Shown piece by piece: positions 1 through 10,981 of a DNA stretch of 64,000 nt. The stretch covers positions 80,483 to 144,482 of the forward strand of contig JAUXRG010000064.1 of NCBI GenBank assembly GCA_030681795.1, written 5' to 3'. The DNA comes from Rubrivivax sp. (lineage in GTDB: Bacteria; Pseudomonadota; Gammaproteobacteria; Burkholderiales; Burkholderiaceae_C). Made by a program: the position numbers and the translations under genes. Within the stretch, counting starts at the first letter, position 1. Every line of letters starts with the position of its first letter. Under the pieces are notes generated by a model. That model was not told where the DNA came from, did no database searches, and worked only from the letters and a program-made list of their open reading frames with translations.

Positions 1-68
1 ACGGACTGCGGCGCGGTCTTCAGCCGCACGGTGACGGCATGGAAGCCGAACAGGACTTTGGTGCTCAT
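1..68 (-). CDS. Partial CDS (first 22 codons only), SpoU/TrmH-type rRNA methyltransferase, RlmB-like
   Basis: The reverse complement of 1-68 starts with ATG (66-68) and reads MSTKVLFGFHAVTVRLKTAPQS before leaving the window. It resembles RlmB-type N-termini but is too short to be sure. Confidence 0.35.
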   Translation of the reverse strand, partial: MSTKVLFGFHAVTVRLKTAPQS

Positions 69-131
69 CGCCCGGATGCTAGCCCCAGCCGGCGTGCCCC
101 GGCCTGCAAGGCGCAGGCCTGGCCGCGGCGC

Positions 132-869
132 TCACCACAGCCCGAGTGCGCGGCCGCCCAGCAGCGCGCCCATGAGCACCGGCTGGTGCAGCATGTAGAA
201 GGTGAGGCTCCAGCGCCCCAGGCCGGCCATCGGCCGCAGCGCCCGCGGCACGGCACCCACGAGCCAGTCGCGCCGGTGCCGCAGCAACCAGCGGCCCGCA
301 GCCACGCCCCAGAGCATCACGCCCAGCCAGGGCAGCACGGGCACGTAGTCTTCGGTGATCGGCTTTCTCGTCACCAGCCCCAGCCAGTTGACGAACCGGC
401 CATCGAAGAAGGGGTGCTGCACCCAGAACGGCAGGGCGATGGCCACGGCCCCCAGGGGCCACAGCCAGCCACCCAGGGGCGCGGCCAGGCGCGCCACGAT
501 GAGCATCACCGCCAAGCCATGCAGCACGCCGAAGAAGATCCAGCTGCGCGGGAACATCGCCGCCGAGCCCAGGCTGACGAGCAGCGCAGAACCTGCCACC
601 TGCGCCCAGCGGCGCCAGAAGCGCGGCCAGCTCTGGTGCGCTTCGTAGGCCGCGGCCTGGCCGATCCCCGCGCAGAACAGGAACAGGCTGACGATGATGG
701 TGCGCTGGGTGGTCCAGAACGGGTCGTGGTGGAAGTTCTGCACCGGTTGCATCAACCCGAAATGGTTGAGGTCGAACCCGAAGTGGAACAGCGCCATCCA
801 GACGATGGCCAGGCCGCGCAGGGCATCGAGGCGATCGAAACGTTGGCCGGGGGGTCTGGGCAGAGGCAC
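132..869 (-). CDS. DUF1624 / heparan-alpha-glucosaminide N-acetyltransferase-like integral membrane protein
   Basis: This is the C-terminal ~245 aa of track ORF 132..1337(-): ..FDRLDALRGLAIVWMALFHFGFDL.. followed by multiple hydrophobic helices. The upstream part of that ORF overlaps the RES gene, so I placed the start at the in-frame GTG at 869. The start is uncertain. Confidence 0.7.
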   Translation of the reverse strand: MPLPRPPGQRFDRLDALRGLAIVWMALFHFGFDLNHFGLMQPVQNFHHDPFWTTQRTIIVSLFLFCAGIGQAAAYEAHQSWPRFWRRWAQVAGSALLVSLGSAAMFPRSWIFFGVLHGLAVMLIVARLAAPLGGWLWPLGAVAIALPFWVQHPFFDGRFVNWLGLVTRKPITEDYVPVLPWLGVMLWGVAAGRWLLRHRRDWLVGAVPRALRPMAGLGRWSLTFYMLHQPVLMGALLGGRALGLW

Positions 870-900
870 GCGCGGACGATAGCTCAGGGCCGAGGCGCCT

Positions 901-1611
901 TCACTCGGTCTTCTCGTAGACGTCGGTGAAGCGCTCGCCGTCCCAGGCGTAGAGCAGGTAGGCGGCGTGCAGGCAGGCGCTGGCACCACGGGGCCGGAAC
1001 AGCCCCACGCACTGGCCGCGCGCCTGCCGCACGCTGCGGTAGGCCACGCCGGCCGAGCCTGCCGAGTGCAGCCCGGCGCCCAGTGCCTGCGCCGCGGCAT
1101 AGCTCTCGGGGTGGTAGACCGCCGCGTCCACCACGCCGGCCGGTCGCAGGTCGTGCAGGCGGGCATCGACCACCAACTGGTACAGGCGCATGGGCAGGTG
1201 CATCGCGCCTTCGTTCGTGGCGGCCAGAAAGCGGCCATGGTGGTGCCGCGTCTCGGCCACCGCCGTGGCACGTTCACGGGCCGCGTAGAACACACCGTAG
1301 TGGCCCGCCGAGAAGCGGCTGCCCAGCGGGTTGACATGGGTGAAAGCGGCCATGATGGGCCCGCTGCCGGGCCCGAATGCGCGCTCGCCGCGCGGCACGC
1401 GTTCGATATGACCGAGCTCGTCGCGCACGCGCTCGTTGGTCAACGCTTCCAGGGCGTAGAGCGCGTCGAAGTCCGCCGCATCGGCCACGCGGTCGAATAG
1501 CGTGACGGCAGGGTAGCGCGTGGGCACGATGCGGCAGGCCTGCTGCCAGCGCACGCGGCGCAACGCCGGGCCGGCGGAAGGCTCGGCGCGCGCCAGGGCC
1601 AGCGGGTTCAA
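901..1611 (-). CDS. RES-domain toxin of a RES-Xre toxin-antitoxin pair
   Basis: 236-aa ORF with RES hallmarks (..NPLGSRFSAGHYGVFYAA.., ..TAVAETRHH.., ..GVAYRSVR..). Its start overlaps the stop of the upstream antitoxin gene by 4 nt. Confidence 0.9.
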   Translation of the reverse strand: MNPLALARAEPSAGPALRRVRWQQACRIVPTRYPAVTLFDRVADAADFDALYALEALTNERVRDELGHIERVPRGERAFGPGSGPIMAAFTHVNPLGSRFSAGHYGVFYAARERATAVAETRHHHGRFLAATNEGAMHLPMRLYQLVVDARLHDLRPAGVVDAAVYHPESYAAAQALGAGLHSAGSAGVAYRSVRQARGQCVGLFRPRGASACLHAAYLLYAWDGERFTDVYEKTE

Positions 1612-2024
1612 GACCAGCCGCCGCCGCGCACGCTGTCCAGGTAGCGGCGCACGAAGTGCAGATCACTCACGTTGCCGGCCAGCATGCGCTCCAGCGCGCT
1701 CTTGCCGCCGAAGGGCGTCGCGCGGTTGGGCTTGCGCACCCAGGCATCGGCGACCAGCGGGTCGGGCAGCAGGATCTGCAGGCTTTTGTAGATGCCCAGC
1801 AGGTTGGACAGACGCTCCAGCGTGTCGCGCGGCAACGCCGCCTTCTCGGGGTGCTTGCGCCAGGCAAAAAAGGTGGAGCGCGGCGGCTGGCCGAGCAGGC
1901 ACAGCTGCTCGTCCACCGTGAGGCGCCAGGCGTCGGCGATGCGCGCGAAGGCCCTCAGGCCGGCGGCGGCCATCTGCTCGGCGTTGACGGGGGCCGGTGC
2001 GGAGGGTGCGAGAACGGCGCTCAT
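1608..2024 (-). CDS. Xre-like / DUF2384 antitoxin partner of the RES toxin
   Basis: 138-aa ORF with a C-terminal DUF2384-type region (..RKPNRATPFGGKSALERMLAGNVSDLHFVRRYLD..). A GGAGAC RBS lies 2029-2034 (minus strand). It sits immediately upstream of, and overlaps, the RES gene. Confidence 0.88.
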   Translation of the reverse strand: MSAVLAPSAPAPVNAEQMAAAGLRAFARIADAWRLTVDEQLCLLGQPPRSTFFAWRKHPEKAALPRDTLERLSNLLGIYKSLQILLPDPLVADAWVRKPNRATPFGGKSALERMLAGNVSDLHFVRRYLDSVRGGGWS

Positions 2025-2046
2025 GGCGGTCTCCAGCGGTTGATCC

Positions 2047-2060
2047 GAATCTGGATTCTA
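2047..2060 (-). promoter_or_regulatory. Candidate autoregulatory operator overlapping a -10-like hexamer of the Xre-RES operon
   Basis: Inverted repeat GAATC-N2-GATTC at 2047-2058. On the minus strand, TAGAAT (2055-2060) lies about 30 nt upstream of the antitoxin ATG. No convincing -35 was found. Confidence 0.3.
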
Positions 2061-2157
2061 CTCAAATGCTAATCCACATTGGGACTTTGTGGGCGCAGAC
2101 TCGACTCGCTTCCAAGAGACGCGGCCAGCCCGCCGGCCCGCCGGCCGCCCCCGCGCC

Positions 2158-4290
2158 TCACGCATCGGTGAAGCGCCCACCTCCTTGCGCCTGCTGCACC
2201 ACGATGGCCGCCGGTTCGAAGCGCGGCCCGAACTTTGCCGCCAGTTCCCGCGCGCGCGCCACGAAGGCCTTCGCGCCCATCGCGTTGATGAACTGCAGCG
2301 CCCCGCCCTGGAACGGCGCGAAGCCCCAGCCGAAGATCGAGCCGATATTCGCGTCGGCCACCGAGCGCAGCACGCCTTCCTGGACGCAGCGCGCCGCCTC
2401 GTTGGCCTGGGCGAACATCAAGCGGTCGATGAGCTCGCGCTGCCCGGGCTGCTGCGCCGCCACCGGGTAGAGCGTCGTCAATTCGGGCCAGAGCCGCTTG
2501 CCGTCATCGCTCCAGTCGTAGAAGCCTTTGCCAGCCTTCTTGCCGACCCGGCCCAGCCCGCACAGTTGCCGCACCACGCTCATGCCCGGGTGCTCGACAT
2601 AGGCCTTGCCTTCAGCGGCCAGGTCCTTCGCCGTCTGCTCGGCCACGTGCAGGCCCAGCGACAGACTCACCTCGTCCTGCAGCGCCAGCGGCGGCATCGG
2701 CATGCCCGCTTGCAGGCCCGCCACTTCGACGGAACGCGGGTGCACGCCTTCGCCGAGCATGGCGATGCCTTCCATCACGTAGGTGGCGAAGACGCGGCTG
2801 GTGTAGAAGCCGCGGCTGTCGTTGACCACGATCGGCGTCTTGCCGATCTGCAGCACGTAGTCGAAGGCGCGCGCCAGCGTCTCGTCGCTGGTCTGCTGGC
2901 CGACGATGATCTCCACCAGCGGCATCTTGTCCACCGGGCTGAAGAAGTGCAGCCCGATGAAATTCGCCGGCCGGCGGCTCGCCTGCGCCAGCCCGCTGAT
3001 GGGCAACGTGGACGTGTTGGAGGCGAAGATCGCCGTGGGTGCGATGCGGCCCTCGGCCTGCTTCGTGACCTCGGCCTTGATGGCGCGGTCTTCGAATACG
3101 GCTTCGATGACGAGCTCGCATTCGTGAAGCCGCGCGTCGTCGGTCGCGGGCGTGATGCGTGCCAGCAGCGCGTCTCGCTTCGCCGGCGTGCTGCGGCCCT
3201 TCTTCACCGCCTTGTCGAGCAGGCCCTGGGCATAGGCCTTGCCTCGCTCGGCAGCTTCCTGCGTGGTGTCGAGCAGCACCACCTCGATGCCGGCCTTGGC
3301 CGAGACGTAGGCGATGCCCGCGCCCATCATTCCCGCGCCCAGGATCCCCAGCTTGCCGAGCTGCGAGCGCGGCACGCCGGCCGGGCGCGAGGCGCCCTTC
3401 TTGATGGCACCCAGCTGGTACCACAGCGTGCCGATCATGTTGCGCGATTCCTGGCTCATGGCGCAGGCCGCGAAGTAGCGGCTCTCGACCGCGCTGGCAG
3501 CGTCGAAGCCAAGCAGGCCGCCTTCGAATATCGAGCTCATGACGTGCTGCACGGCCGGGTAGTTGCCCCAGCTCTTTTGCGCGGCGATCGAGGGCGCGAT
3601 GGAGAAGATCTGCGCCACGGCGGGCGAGCGTGCATCGCCGCCGGGGAAGCGGAACCTCGGCGCGTCCCAGGGCTGCTGGGCCTTCGGGTGGGCCGCAACC
3701 CAGGCCCTGGCCTTGGACATCAGGTCGTCGCTGTCGGCCGCCAGCTCGGTCAGCAGGCCCATGGCCAGGGCCTTGGCCGGATTGAACTCCGCCCCCTCGG
3801 CGCAGATCTGCAATGCCTGCTGTATGCCCAACAGCCGCGGCAACCTCACCGTGCCGCCGCCGCCGGGCATGAGGCCGAGCTTCACTTCGGGCTGGCCGAG
3901 CTTGAGCCGCGGGTCGGCCAGGGCGATGCGTGCGTGGCAGGCCAGCGCGAGCTCGAGCCCGCCGCCCAGGGCGTGGCCGTTGATGGCCGCGACCACGGGC
4001 TTGCCCTGCAGCTCCATCTTGCGCAGCACGGCCTTCATGGCCAGGGTGGCCTCGAAGGGCTGCTCCGGCCGCGTCCACTGCGAGATGCGGTCGATATCGC
4101 CCCCGGCGCAGAAATCGCCCTTGGCCGAGGTCAGCACCAGGCCTTTCACCTCGGCCCCGGCAAGACGCTCCAGCGCCGTGGCCAGGCCGGCCATGAGTTC
4201 GTCGTCTACGACGTTCATGGGCCGGCCGGGCAGGTCCATGGTGGCGACGAGGATGCCGTCGTCGCCGAGTTGAAGATTCACCGCAGCCAT
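2158..4290 (-). CDS. fadB: Multifunctional enoyl-CoA hydratase / 3-hydroxyacyl-CoA dehydrogenase (FadB/FadJ type)
   Basis: In-frame ATG at 4290 ([28 protein letters not shown]..) inside the 1627-aa track ORF. It has an N-terminal crotonase fold (..FCAGGDI.., ..[19 protein letters not shown]..) and a C-terminal 3-hydroxyacyl-CoA dehydrogenase Rossmann fold (..[16 protein letters not shown]..). 710 aa. Confidence 0.92.
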   Translation of the reverse strand: MAAVNLQLGDDGILVATMDLPGRPMNVVDDELMAGLATALERLAGAEVKGLVLTSAKGDFCAGGDIDRISQWTRPEQPFEATLAMKAVLRKMELQGKPVVAAINGHALGGGLELALACHARIALADPRLKLGQPEVKLGLMPGGGGTVRLPRLLGIQQALQICAEGAEFNPAKALAMGLLTELAADSDDLMSKARAWVAAHPKAQQPWDAPRFRFPGGDARSPAVAQIFSIAPSIAAQKSWGNYPAVQHVMSSIFEGGLLGFDAASAVESRYFAACAMSQESRNMIGTLWYQLGAIKKGASRPAGVPRSQLGKLGILGAGMMGAGIAYVSAKAGIEVVLLDTTQEAAERGKAYAQGLLDKAVKKGRSTPAKRDALLARITPATDDARLHECELVIEAVFEDRAIKAEVTKQAEGRIAPTAIFASNTSTLPISGLAQASRRPANFIGLHFFSPVDKMPLVEIIVGQQTSDETLARAFDYVLQIGKTPIVVNDSRGFYTSRVFATYVMEGIAMLGEGVHPRSVEVAGLQAGMPMPPLALQDEVSLSLGLHVAEQTAKDLAAEGKAYVEHPGMSVVRQLCGLGRVGKKAGKGFYDWSDDGKRLWPELTTLYPVAAQQPGQRELIDRLMFAQANEAARCVQEGVLRSVADANIGSIFGWGFAPFQGGALQFINAMGAKAFVARARELAAKFGPRFEPAAIVVQQAQGGGRFTDA

Positions 4291-4292
4291 AT

Positions 4293-5498
<1,206 letters not shown>

Positions 5499-5709
5499 GG
5501 TTCGTCTCCCGGGCCCGCTTCAGGCGAGCCGCCCCTGGTTCACTTGCTGCGCGGTGGCCCGCGCACCGTCTGGTCTGGCGTGCGCCGCTCGGCCGGTATT
5601 CACTGGCGCCCGGCCGCGCGAGTTTGCCAGTTTGCCGGCGCGGCCCACGCCATGCGACGATCGCCGCGCCCGCGCTGACGGATGCGCGCGCACCCAGAGG
5701 ACCCACCGC

Positions 5710-6864
5710 ATGCAGTTCACCGCCGAACATCGCCAGCTCGAAGATACGGTCATCAGGTTCTGCGACAAGGAGCTCAACCCCCATGTCGCCGCGTGGGAGG
5801 CCCAGGGCCAGTTTCCTGCCCATGAAGTCTTCCGCAAGCTCGGCGACCTGGGCCTGCTGGGCCTGAAATACGCGCCGGAGTTCGGCGGCGCAGGGCTCGA
5901 CTTCAGCTACAGCATGGTGATGGCCGAAGCCCTGGGTCAATGCACTTGCGCCGGCGTGCCCATGGCCATCGGCGTGCACACCGACATGGCCACGCCGTCG
6001 CTGGCGCGCTTCGGCAGCGACGAGCTGCGCCGCGAGTTCCTCACGCCCGCCCTCGCCGGCGAGCAGGTGGCTTGCCTGGGCGTGAGCGAGCCTGGCGGCG
6101 GCTCCGACGTCGCCGCCGTCAAGACCACGGCCAAGGCGGACGGCGGCGACTACCTCATCAACGGCAGCAAGATGTGGATCACCAACGGCCTGCAGGCGGA
6201 CTGGTGCTGCCTGCTGGCCCACACCGGCGAGGGGCCGGCGCACAAGAACAAGAGCCTCATCCTGGTGCCCATGGACGCCAGCGGCATCACCCGCCAGAAG
6301 ATCGACAAGGTCGGCATGCACAGCAGCGACACCGCCCAGCTCTTCTTCGACAACGTGCGCGTGCCCCGGCGCCACCTCATCGGCCAGGAGGGCTTGGGGT
6401 TCAGCTACCAGATGCTGCAATTCCAGGAGGAACGCCTGTGGGGTGCGGCAAATACCTTGCGCAGCCTGGACCGGGTCATCGACCAGACCATCGAGTACAC
6501 CCGGCAGCGTCAGGCCTTCGGCCGCAGCATCCTGGACAACCAGGTGGTGCACTACCGCCTGGCCGAGCTGCGCACCGAAGTCGAAGCGCTGCGCGCGCTG
6601 ACCTACCGCGCGGTGGAGATGTATATCGGCGGCCAGGACGTGAGCCGCCTGGCCAGCATGGCCAAGCTCAAGTGCGGGCGCCTGGCGCGCGAGGTCACCG
6701 ATGCCTGCCTGCAGTACTGGGGCGGCATGGGCTTCACCGCCGACAACCCGGTCTCGCGGGCCTGGCGCGACAGCCGTGCACTGTCCATCGCCGGCGGGGC
6801 GGACGAGGTCATGCTCTCCATCATCTGCAAGCTCGAACACACCTTGCCGGGCAAGACACGGTGA
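5710..6864 (+). CDS. Acyl-CoA dehydrogenase
   Basis: ATG at 5710 (MQFTAEHRQLEDTV..), in frame within track ORF 5497..6864. ACAD motifs are present (..CLGVSEPGGGSDVA.., ..YWGGMGF.., ..IAGGADEVM..). 384 aa, divergent from the fadBA-like pair. Confidence 0.9.
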   Translation: MQFTAEHRQLEDTVIRFCDKELNPHVAAWEAQGQFPAHEVFRKLGDLGLLGLKYAPEFGGAGLDFSYSMVMAEALGQCTCAGVPMAIGVHTDMATPSLARFGSDELRREFLTPALAGEQVACLGVSEPGGGSDVAAVKTTAKADGGDYLINGSKMWITNGLQADWCCLLAHTGEGPAHKNKSLILVPMDASGITRQKIDKVGMHSSDTAQLFFDNVRVPRRHLIGQEGLGFSYQMLQFQEERLWGAANTLRSLDRVIDQTIEYTRQRQAFGRSILDNQVVHYRLAELRTEVEALRALTYRAVEMYIGGQDVSRLASMAKLKCGRLAREVTDACLQYWGGMGFTADNPVSRAWRDSRALSIAGGADEVMLSIICKLEHTLPGKTR

Positions 6865-6883
6865 GAGGCCACAATTCCGGTAC

Positions 6884-7372
6884 ATGACCACCACCAGCCT
6901 CCCCCCACGCAATGCGCAAGAACAAGCCCGGCTCGATGCGGCCCTGGTCGACCTCTTCGAGACGCGCATCACCTTCAACCAGATCCTGGGCTTGAAGGTG
7001 GCCTCGGTGAAGCCCGGCGATGTGCGAGCCCGCTTCGACATGCGGCCCGAACTGGTGGGCCACTACACCTACGGCCGCTTGCACGGCGGCGTGATCTCTT
7101 CGGTGCTCGACGCGATGGGCGGGCTGACGCTGATGGTGGCGATCGCCGAGCGCCACCCGCACGACGACACGCAGCAGGTGATGCACCGCTTCATCAAGAT
7201 GGGCACCATCGATCTGCGCGTGGACTTCCTGCGCCAGGGGTTGGGCCGGCATTTCGTCGCGACGGCCGAGGTCACGCGGCTGGGCGGGCGGGTCGGCTCC
7301 ACACAGATGCGGCTGGTGAACGACGAAGGCACGCTCATCGCCACCGCGGCTGCGGCCTACATGATCTCGTAG
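6884..7372 (+). CDS. Hotdog-fold thioesterase (PaaI/YigI-like)
   Basis: ATG at 6884 within track ORF 6701..7372. 162 aa, with ..GRLHGGVISSVLDAMGG.. typical of PaaI-type thioesterases. Confidence 0.8.
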   Translation: MTTTSLPPRNAQEQARLDAALVDLFETRITFNQILGLKVASVKPGDVRARFDMRPELVGHYTYGRLHGGVISSVLDAMGGLTLMVAIAERHPHDDTQQVMHRFIKMGTIDLRVDFLRQGLGRHFVATAEVTRLGGRVGSTQMRLVNDEGTLIATAAAAYMIS

Positions 7373-7473
7373 CCGGGGTGGCGGCGCGTCCCGGCCTTGA
7401 CGCCGCACGGGTCGCCCTCATCTGGCACGATCGTGGCTGTTGCCGCCGCGGACCTTTGGCTCTTCGATCAAAC

Positions 7474-8586
7474 ATGAAATTCCTCGCCAAGCCGAGCACG
7501 ATCACGCTCGTTCTCGCCGCGCTGGCCGGCGCCGTCGCGGCGTTCTTCGCCGTGCCCACGCTGGTGCAAAGCCGCTCCGAGGTGACGCCGCGCGTCGTTT
7601 CACAGCGCGGGCCGCTGGGCGCCGACGAGGTGGCGCATATCGAGCTCTTCCGCAAGGCCTCGCCCTCGGTGGTGCACATCACCTCGCTGGCCGCGCAGCG
7701 CGATCTCTTCTCGATGAACGTGCAACAGGTGCCGCGCGGCACCGGCACCGGCTTCGTCTGGGACGACCGCGGCCACATCGTGACCAACTTCCACGTCATC
7801 CAGGACGCCAACGGCGCCAAGGTGACGCTGGCCGACCAGAGCACCTACGATGCCACGCTCGTCGGCGCCTTCCCCGACCGCGACCTGGCCGTGCTGCGCA
7901 TCGAAGCCCCCAAGGACAAGTTGCCGCCCATCGCCATTGGCGCCAGCCGCGACCTGCTGGTGGGCCAGCGCGTCTACGCCATCGGCAACCCCTTCGGCCT
8001 GGACCAGACACTGACCACCGGCATCATCAGCGCGCTGAACCGCGAAATCGAGTCCTTCAACCAGCGCACCATCCGCGGCGTGATCCAGACCGACGCGGCC
8101 ATCAACCCCGGCAATTCCGGCGGCCCGCTGCTCGATTCGGCCGGGCGCCTGATCGGCGTCAATACACAGATCGCCAGCCCCAGCGGCGCCAGCGCCGGGA
8201 TCGGCTTCGCCATCCCGGTGGACGAAGTCAACCGCATCGTGCCGCGGCTGATCCGCGACGGCCGCTTCACGCGGCCGGCGCTCGGCGTCTCCGCCGGGCC
8301 GCCGGGGCTGGCGGAGGCCCTCAAGCTGCCGCGCGGCGTGGTGCTCGTGCAGGTCCGGCCGAACAGCCCGGCCGCGCGGGCGGGCCTGCAAGCCTTCCGC
8401 CGTGGCAACCGCGGGGAAGTCATCGCCGGGGACGTCATCACCGCCATCAACGACGAGCCGGTGGCCGACCTGGACGACATGCTCGGCCAGCTCGAGCGCC
8501 GCACCCCGGGCGAGACCGTGACGCTGACGCTGTGGCGCGCCGGCAAGACGCGCAAGCAGGGGGCGGTCCTGGGCACCTCGGATTGA
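7474..8586 (+). CDS. HtrA/DegP-family serine protease with one PDZ domain
   Basis: ATG at 7474 (MKFLAKPSTITLVLAALAGAV..) gives an N-terminal anchor or signal. Trypsin-like motifs are ..TNFHVI.., ..DLAVLRI.., ..GNSGGPLLD.., followed by a PDZ region (..VRPNSPAARAGL..). 370 aa. Confidence 0.9.
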   Translation: MKFLAKPSTITLVLAALAGAVAAFFAVPTLVQSRSEVTPRVVSQRGPLGADEVAHIELFRKASPSVVHITSLAAQRDLFSMNVQQVPRGTGTGFVWDDRGHIVTNFHVIQDANGAKVTLADQSTYDATLVGAFPDRDLAVLRIEAPKDKLPPIAIGASRDLLVGQRVYAIGNPFGLDQTLTTGIISALNREIESFNQRTIRGVIQTDAAINPGNSGGPLLDSAGRLIGVNTQIASPSGASAGIGFAIPVDEVNRIVPRLIRDGRFTRPALGVSAGPPGLAEALKLPRGVVLVQVRPNSPAARAGLQAFRRGNRGEVIAGDVITAINDEPVADLDDMLGQLERRTPGETVTLTLWRAGKTRKQGAVLGTSD

Positions 8587-8687
8587 CCTGGGCCGGGGCG
8601 GGTTTGCCCGCCTGCGCAAGTCCCGCCGGTGACAGGCAAGCTGCGCGGCTGCGACGATAACCGTCGCTTCCTTCCCCGGAGCTTGTC

Positions 8688-10934
8688 ATGCCCGCTGCCC
8701 AAGACGCCCCTGACGCCCCTGACGCCAAAGACGCCTCGCACTACCGCATCTGCCCCCTGTGCGAGGCCTGTTGCGGCCTGGAAGTGCGCACGCGCGGCTC
8801 GCAGGTGCTGGGCATCCGCGGCGCCGAATACGACGTTTTCAGCGCCGGCTACCTCTGCCCCAAGGCGGTGGCGCTGAGAGACCTGCACGAAGACCCCGAC
8901 CGCATCCGCACGCCGCTCATCCGCCGCGGCGCGCGCTTCCTGCCCGCCACCTGGGACGAGGCCTTCGCCGAGATCGAGCGGCGCCTGCCGCCGCTGCTGC
9001 AGCAGCATGGGCGAGACGCCGTGGCGGTGGCAGTGGGCAACCCCTCGGCGCACAAGATGGGGCTGCTGCTCTACTTCAGCCGCCTGGCCAAGGCGTTGGG
9101 CACGAAGAACGTCTTCTCGGCCTCGACGCTGGACCAGATGCCCAAGCAGCTGTCGAGTGGCTGGATGTTCGGCCACTGGCTGAGCATCCCGGTGCCGGAC
9201 ATCGCACGCAGCCACTATCTGCTGGTGATAGGCGCCAACCCCATGGCCAGCAACGGCAGCCTGTGGACGGTGCCCGATTTCCGCGGCAAGGCGCGGGCCC
9301 TGCGCGAGCGTGGCGGGCGCCTGGTGGTGATCGACCCGCGGCGCACCGAAACTGCTGCGGTGGCCGACGCCCACCATTTCATCCGCCCCGGAGCCGATAT
9401 CTTCCTGCTCGCGGCCATGGTGCACACGCTGTTCGACGAGGGGCTGGTGCGCACGGGCCGCCTCGCCGAACACCTGAACGGCGTCGACGACCTCCGCCAG
9501 GCCATGCAGGCCTTCGCCCCTGAGCGCGTGGCGGCGCGCTGCGCGATCGACGCGCTCACCATCCGCCAACTGGCGCGCGAGCTGGCCGCGGCCGAGAGCG
9601 GCTGCGTCTATGGCCGCCTGGGGACCTGCACACAAAGCTACGGCACCCTGTGCTCGTGGCTGGTGGACGTGCTCAACGCGCTCACCGGCAAGCTCGACGA
9701 GCCCGGCGGCGCGATGTTCCCCCAGGCCGCGGCCTTTGCGCAGAACACCCAGGGCGCACCCGGTCGCGGCCGCGGCGTCGCCACCGGCCGCCACGCCAGC
9801 CGGGTGAGCGGCGCGCCCGAGATCTATGGCGAACTGCCGATGACCTGCCTGTCCGAGGAGATCGAGACCCCGGGGCCGGGGCAGGTGCGCGCGCTCTTCA
9901 CCGTGGCCAGCAACCCGGTGCTCTCGTCGCCCGGCGGCCCGCGGCTGGCTCGCGCGCTGGACGAGCTCGATTTCATGGTCAGCATGGACCTCTACATCAA
10001 CGAGACGACGCGCCACGCCGATGTCATCCTGCCCGGCCAGTCGCCGCTGGAGCACAGCCACTACGACGTCGCCTTCCCGCAGCTCTCGTGGCGCAACCAC
10101 GCGCGCTTCAGCGAGGCGGTATTCGCGCCCGCGGCCGGCCACCTGCCGGAGTGGCAGCAACTGCTGCGCCTGGCGGCCATCGCCAAGGGGCTGGGCGCGC
10201 GTGCCGATGTGCTGGCCCTGGACGACGAGGCCGTGGCCCTTGAGGTGCGCAAGCTCGCGGGTGACCAGGCCCCCTGGGTGATGCAGGCCCTGGCCGGTTT
10301 GCAGGGGCCCGAGCGGCTGCTCGAACTGGCGCTGCGCAGCGGCCCCTACGGCGATGCCTTCGGCATGAAGCCCGGCGGCCTGAGCCTGGCCAAGGTGCGC
10401 GCGGCGGCCGGCGGCATCGACCTGGGCGAGCTGGCGCCGCGCGTGCCCGAGCTGCTGCGCACGCCCAGCGGCAAGGTCGAGCTCGCGCCAGCGCAACTGC
10501 TGGCCGACCTGCCGCGCGCCCTGGCCGATCTGGACACGCCGGCGCCGGCGCTGGTGGTCATCGGGCGTCGCGACGTGCGCAGCAACAACAGCTGGATGCA
10601 CAACCTGCCGACGCTGGCCAAGGGGCCGTTCCGCGGCACGGCGCTCGTGCATCCGCAGGACGCGGCCCGGCAGGGCCTGGCCGACGGCGCGCGCGCACGC
10701 CTGGCCAGCGCCCAAGGCAGCGTCGAGGTGACGGTGGCACTCAGCGACAGCGTGATGCCCGGCGTCATCAGCCTGCCCCATGGCTGGGGCCACGACCTGC
10801 CCGGTGCGCAACTCGGTGTGGCGGCGCGCCAACCCGGCGCCAACCTCAATGCGCTGCTCGACGATGCCGAGCGCGACCCGCTCTCGGGCAATGCCGTGCT
10901 CAGCGGCGTGGCGGTGACTCTCGCGCCGGCCTGA
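8688..10934 (+). CDS. Cytoplasmic molybdopterin-dependent oxidoreductase (formate dehydrogenase / BisC-like superfamily)
   Basis: 748 aa with an N-terminal Fe-S cysteine cluster (..ICPLCEACCGLEV..YLCPK..), a molybdopterin oxidoreductase body and a C-terminal dinucleotide-binding domain. No signal peptide. Substrate unknown. Confidence 0.85.
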   Translation: MPAAQDAPDAPDAKDASHYRICPLCEACCGLEVRTRGSQVLGIRGAEYDVFSAGYLCPKAVALRDLHEDPDRIRTPLIRRGARFLPATWDEAFAEIERRLPPLLQQHGRDAVAVAVGNPSAHKMGLLLYFSRLAKALGTKNVFSASTLDQMPKQLSSGWMFGHWLSIPVPDIARSHYLLVIGANPMASNGSLWTVPDFRGKARALRERGGRLVVIDPRRTETAAVADAHHFIRPGADIFLLAAMVHTLFDEGLVRTGRLAEHLNGVDDLRQAMQAFAPERVAARCAIDALTIRQLARELAAAESGCVYGRLGTCTQSYGTLCSWLVDVLNALTGKLDEPGGAMFPQAAAFAQNTQGAPGRGRGVATGRHASRVSGAPEIYGELPMTCLSEEIETPGPGQVRALFTVASNPVLSSPGGPRLARALDELDFMVSMDLYINETTRHADVILPGQSPLEHSHYDVAFPQLSWRNHARFSEAVFAPAAGHLPEWQQLLRLAAIAKGLGARADVLALDDEAVALEVRKLAGDQAPWVMQALAGLQGPERLLELALRSGPYGDAFGMKPGGLSLAKVRAAAGGIDLGELAPRVPELLRTPSGKVELAPAQLLADLPRALADLDTPAPALVVIGRRDVRSNNSWMHNLPTLAKGPFRGTALVHPQDAARQGLADGARARLASAQGSVEVTVALSDSVMPGVISLPHGWGHDLPGAQLGVAARQPGANLNALLDDAERDPLSGNAVLSGVAVTLAPA

Positions 10935-10981
10935 GCGGCAACGCGTCCGGGCTACGATTTGGCCTTCGCCACGGAGCCCCC

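Noticed and set aside
8703-8735. A tandem 9-nt repeat GACGCCCCT x2 followed by GACGCC-AAA-GACGCC, considered as a possible repeat array or VNTR
   Set aside because: It is too short and lies inside the N-terminal codons (DAPDAPDAKDA) of the molybdopterin oxidoreductase. It is a low-complexity coding repeat with no spacer architecture, so it is not CRISPR-like.
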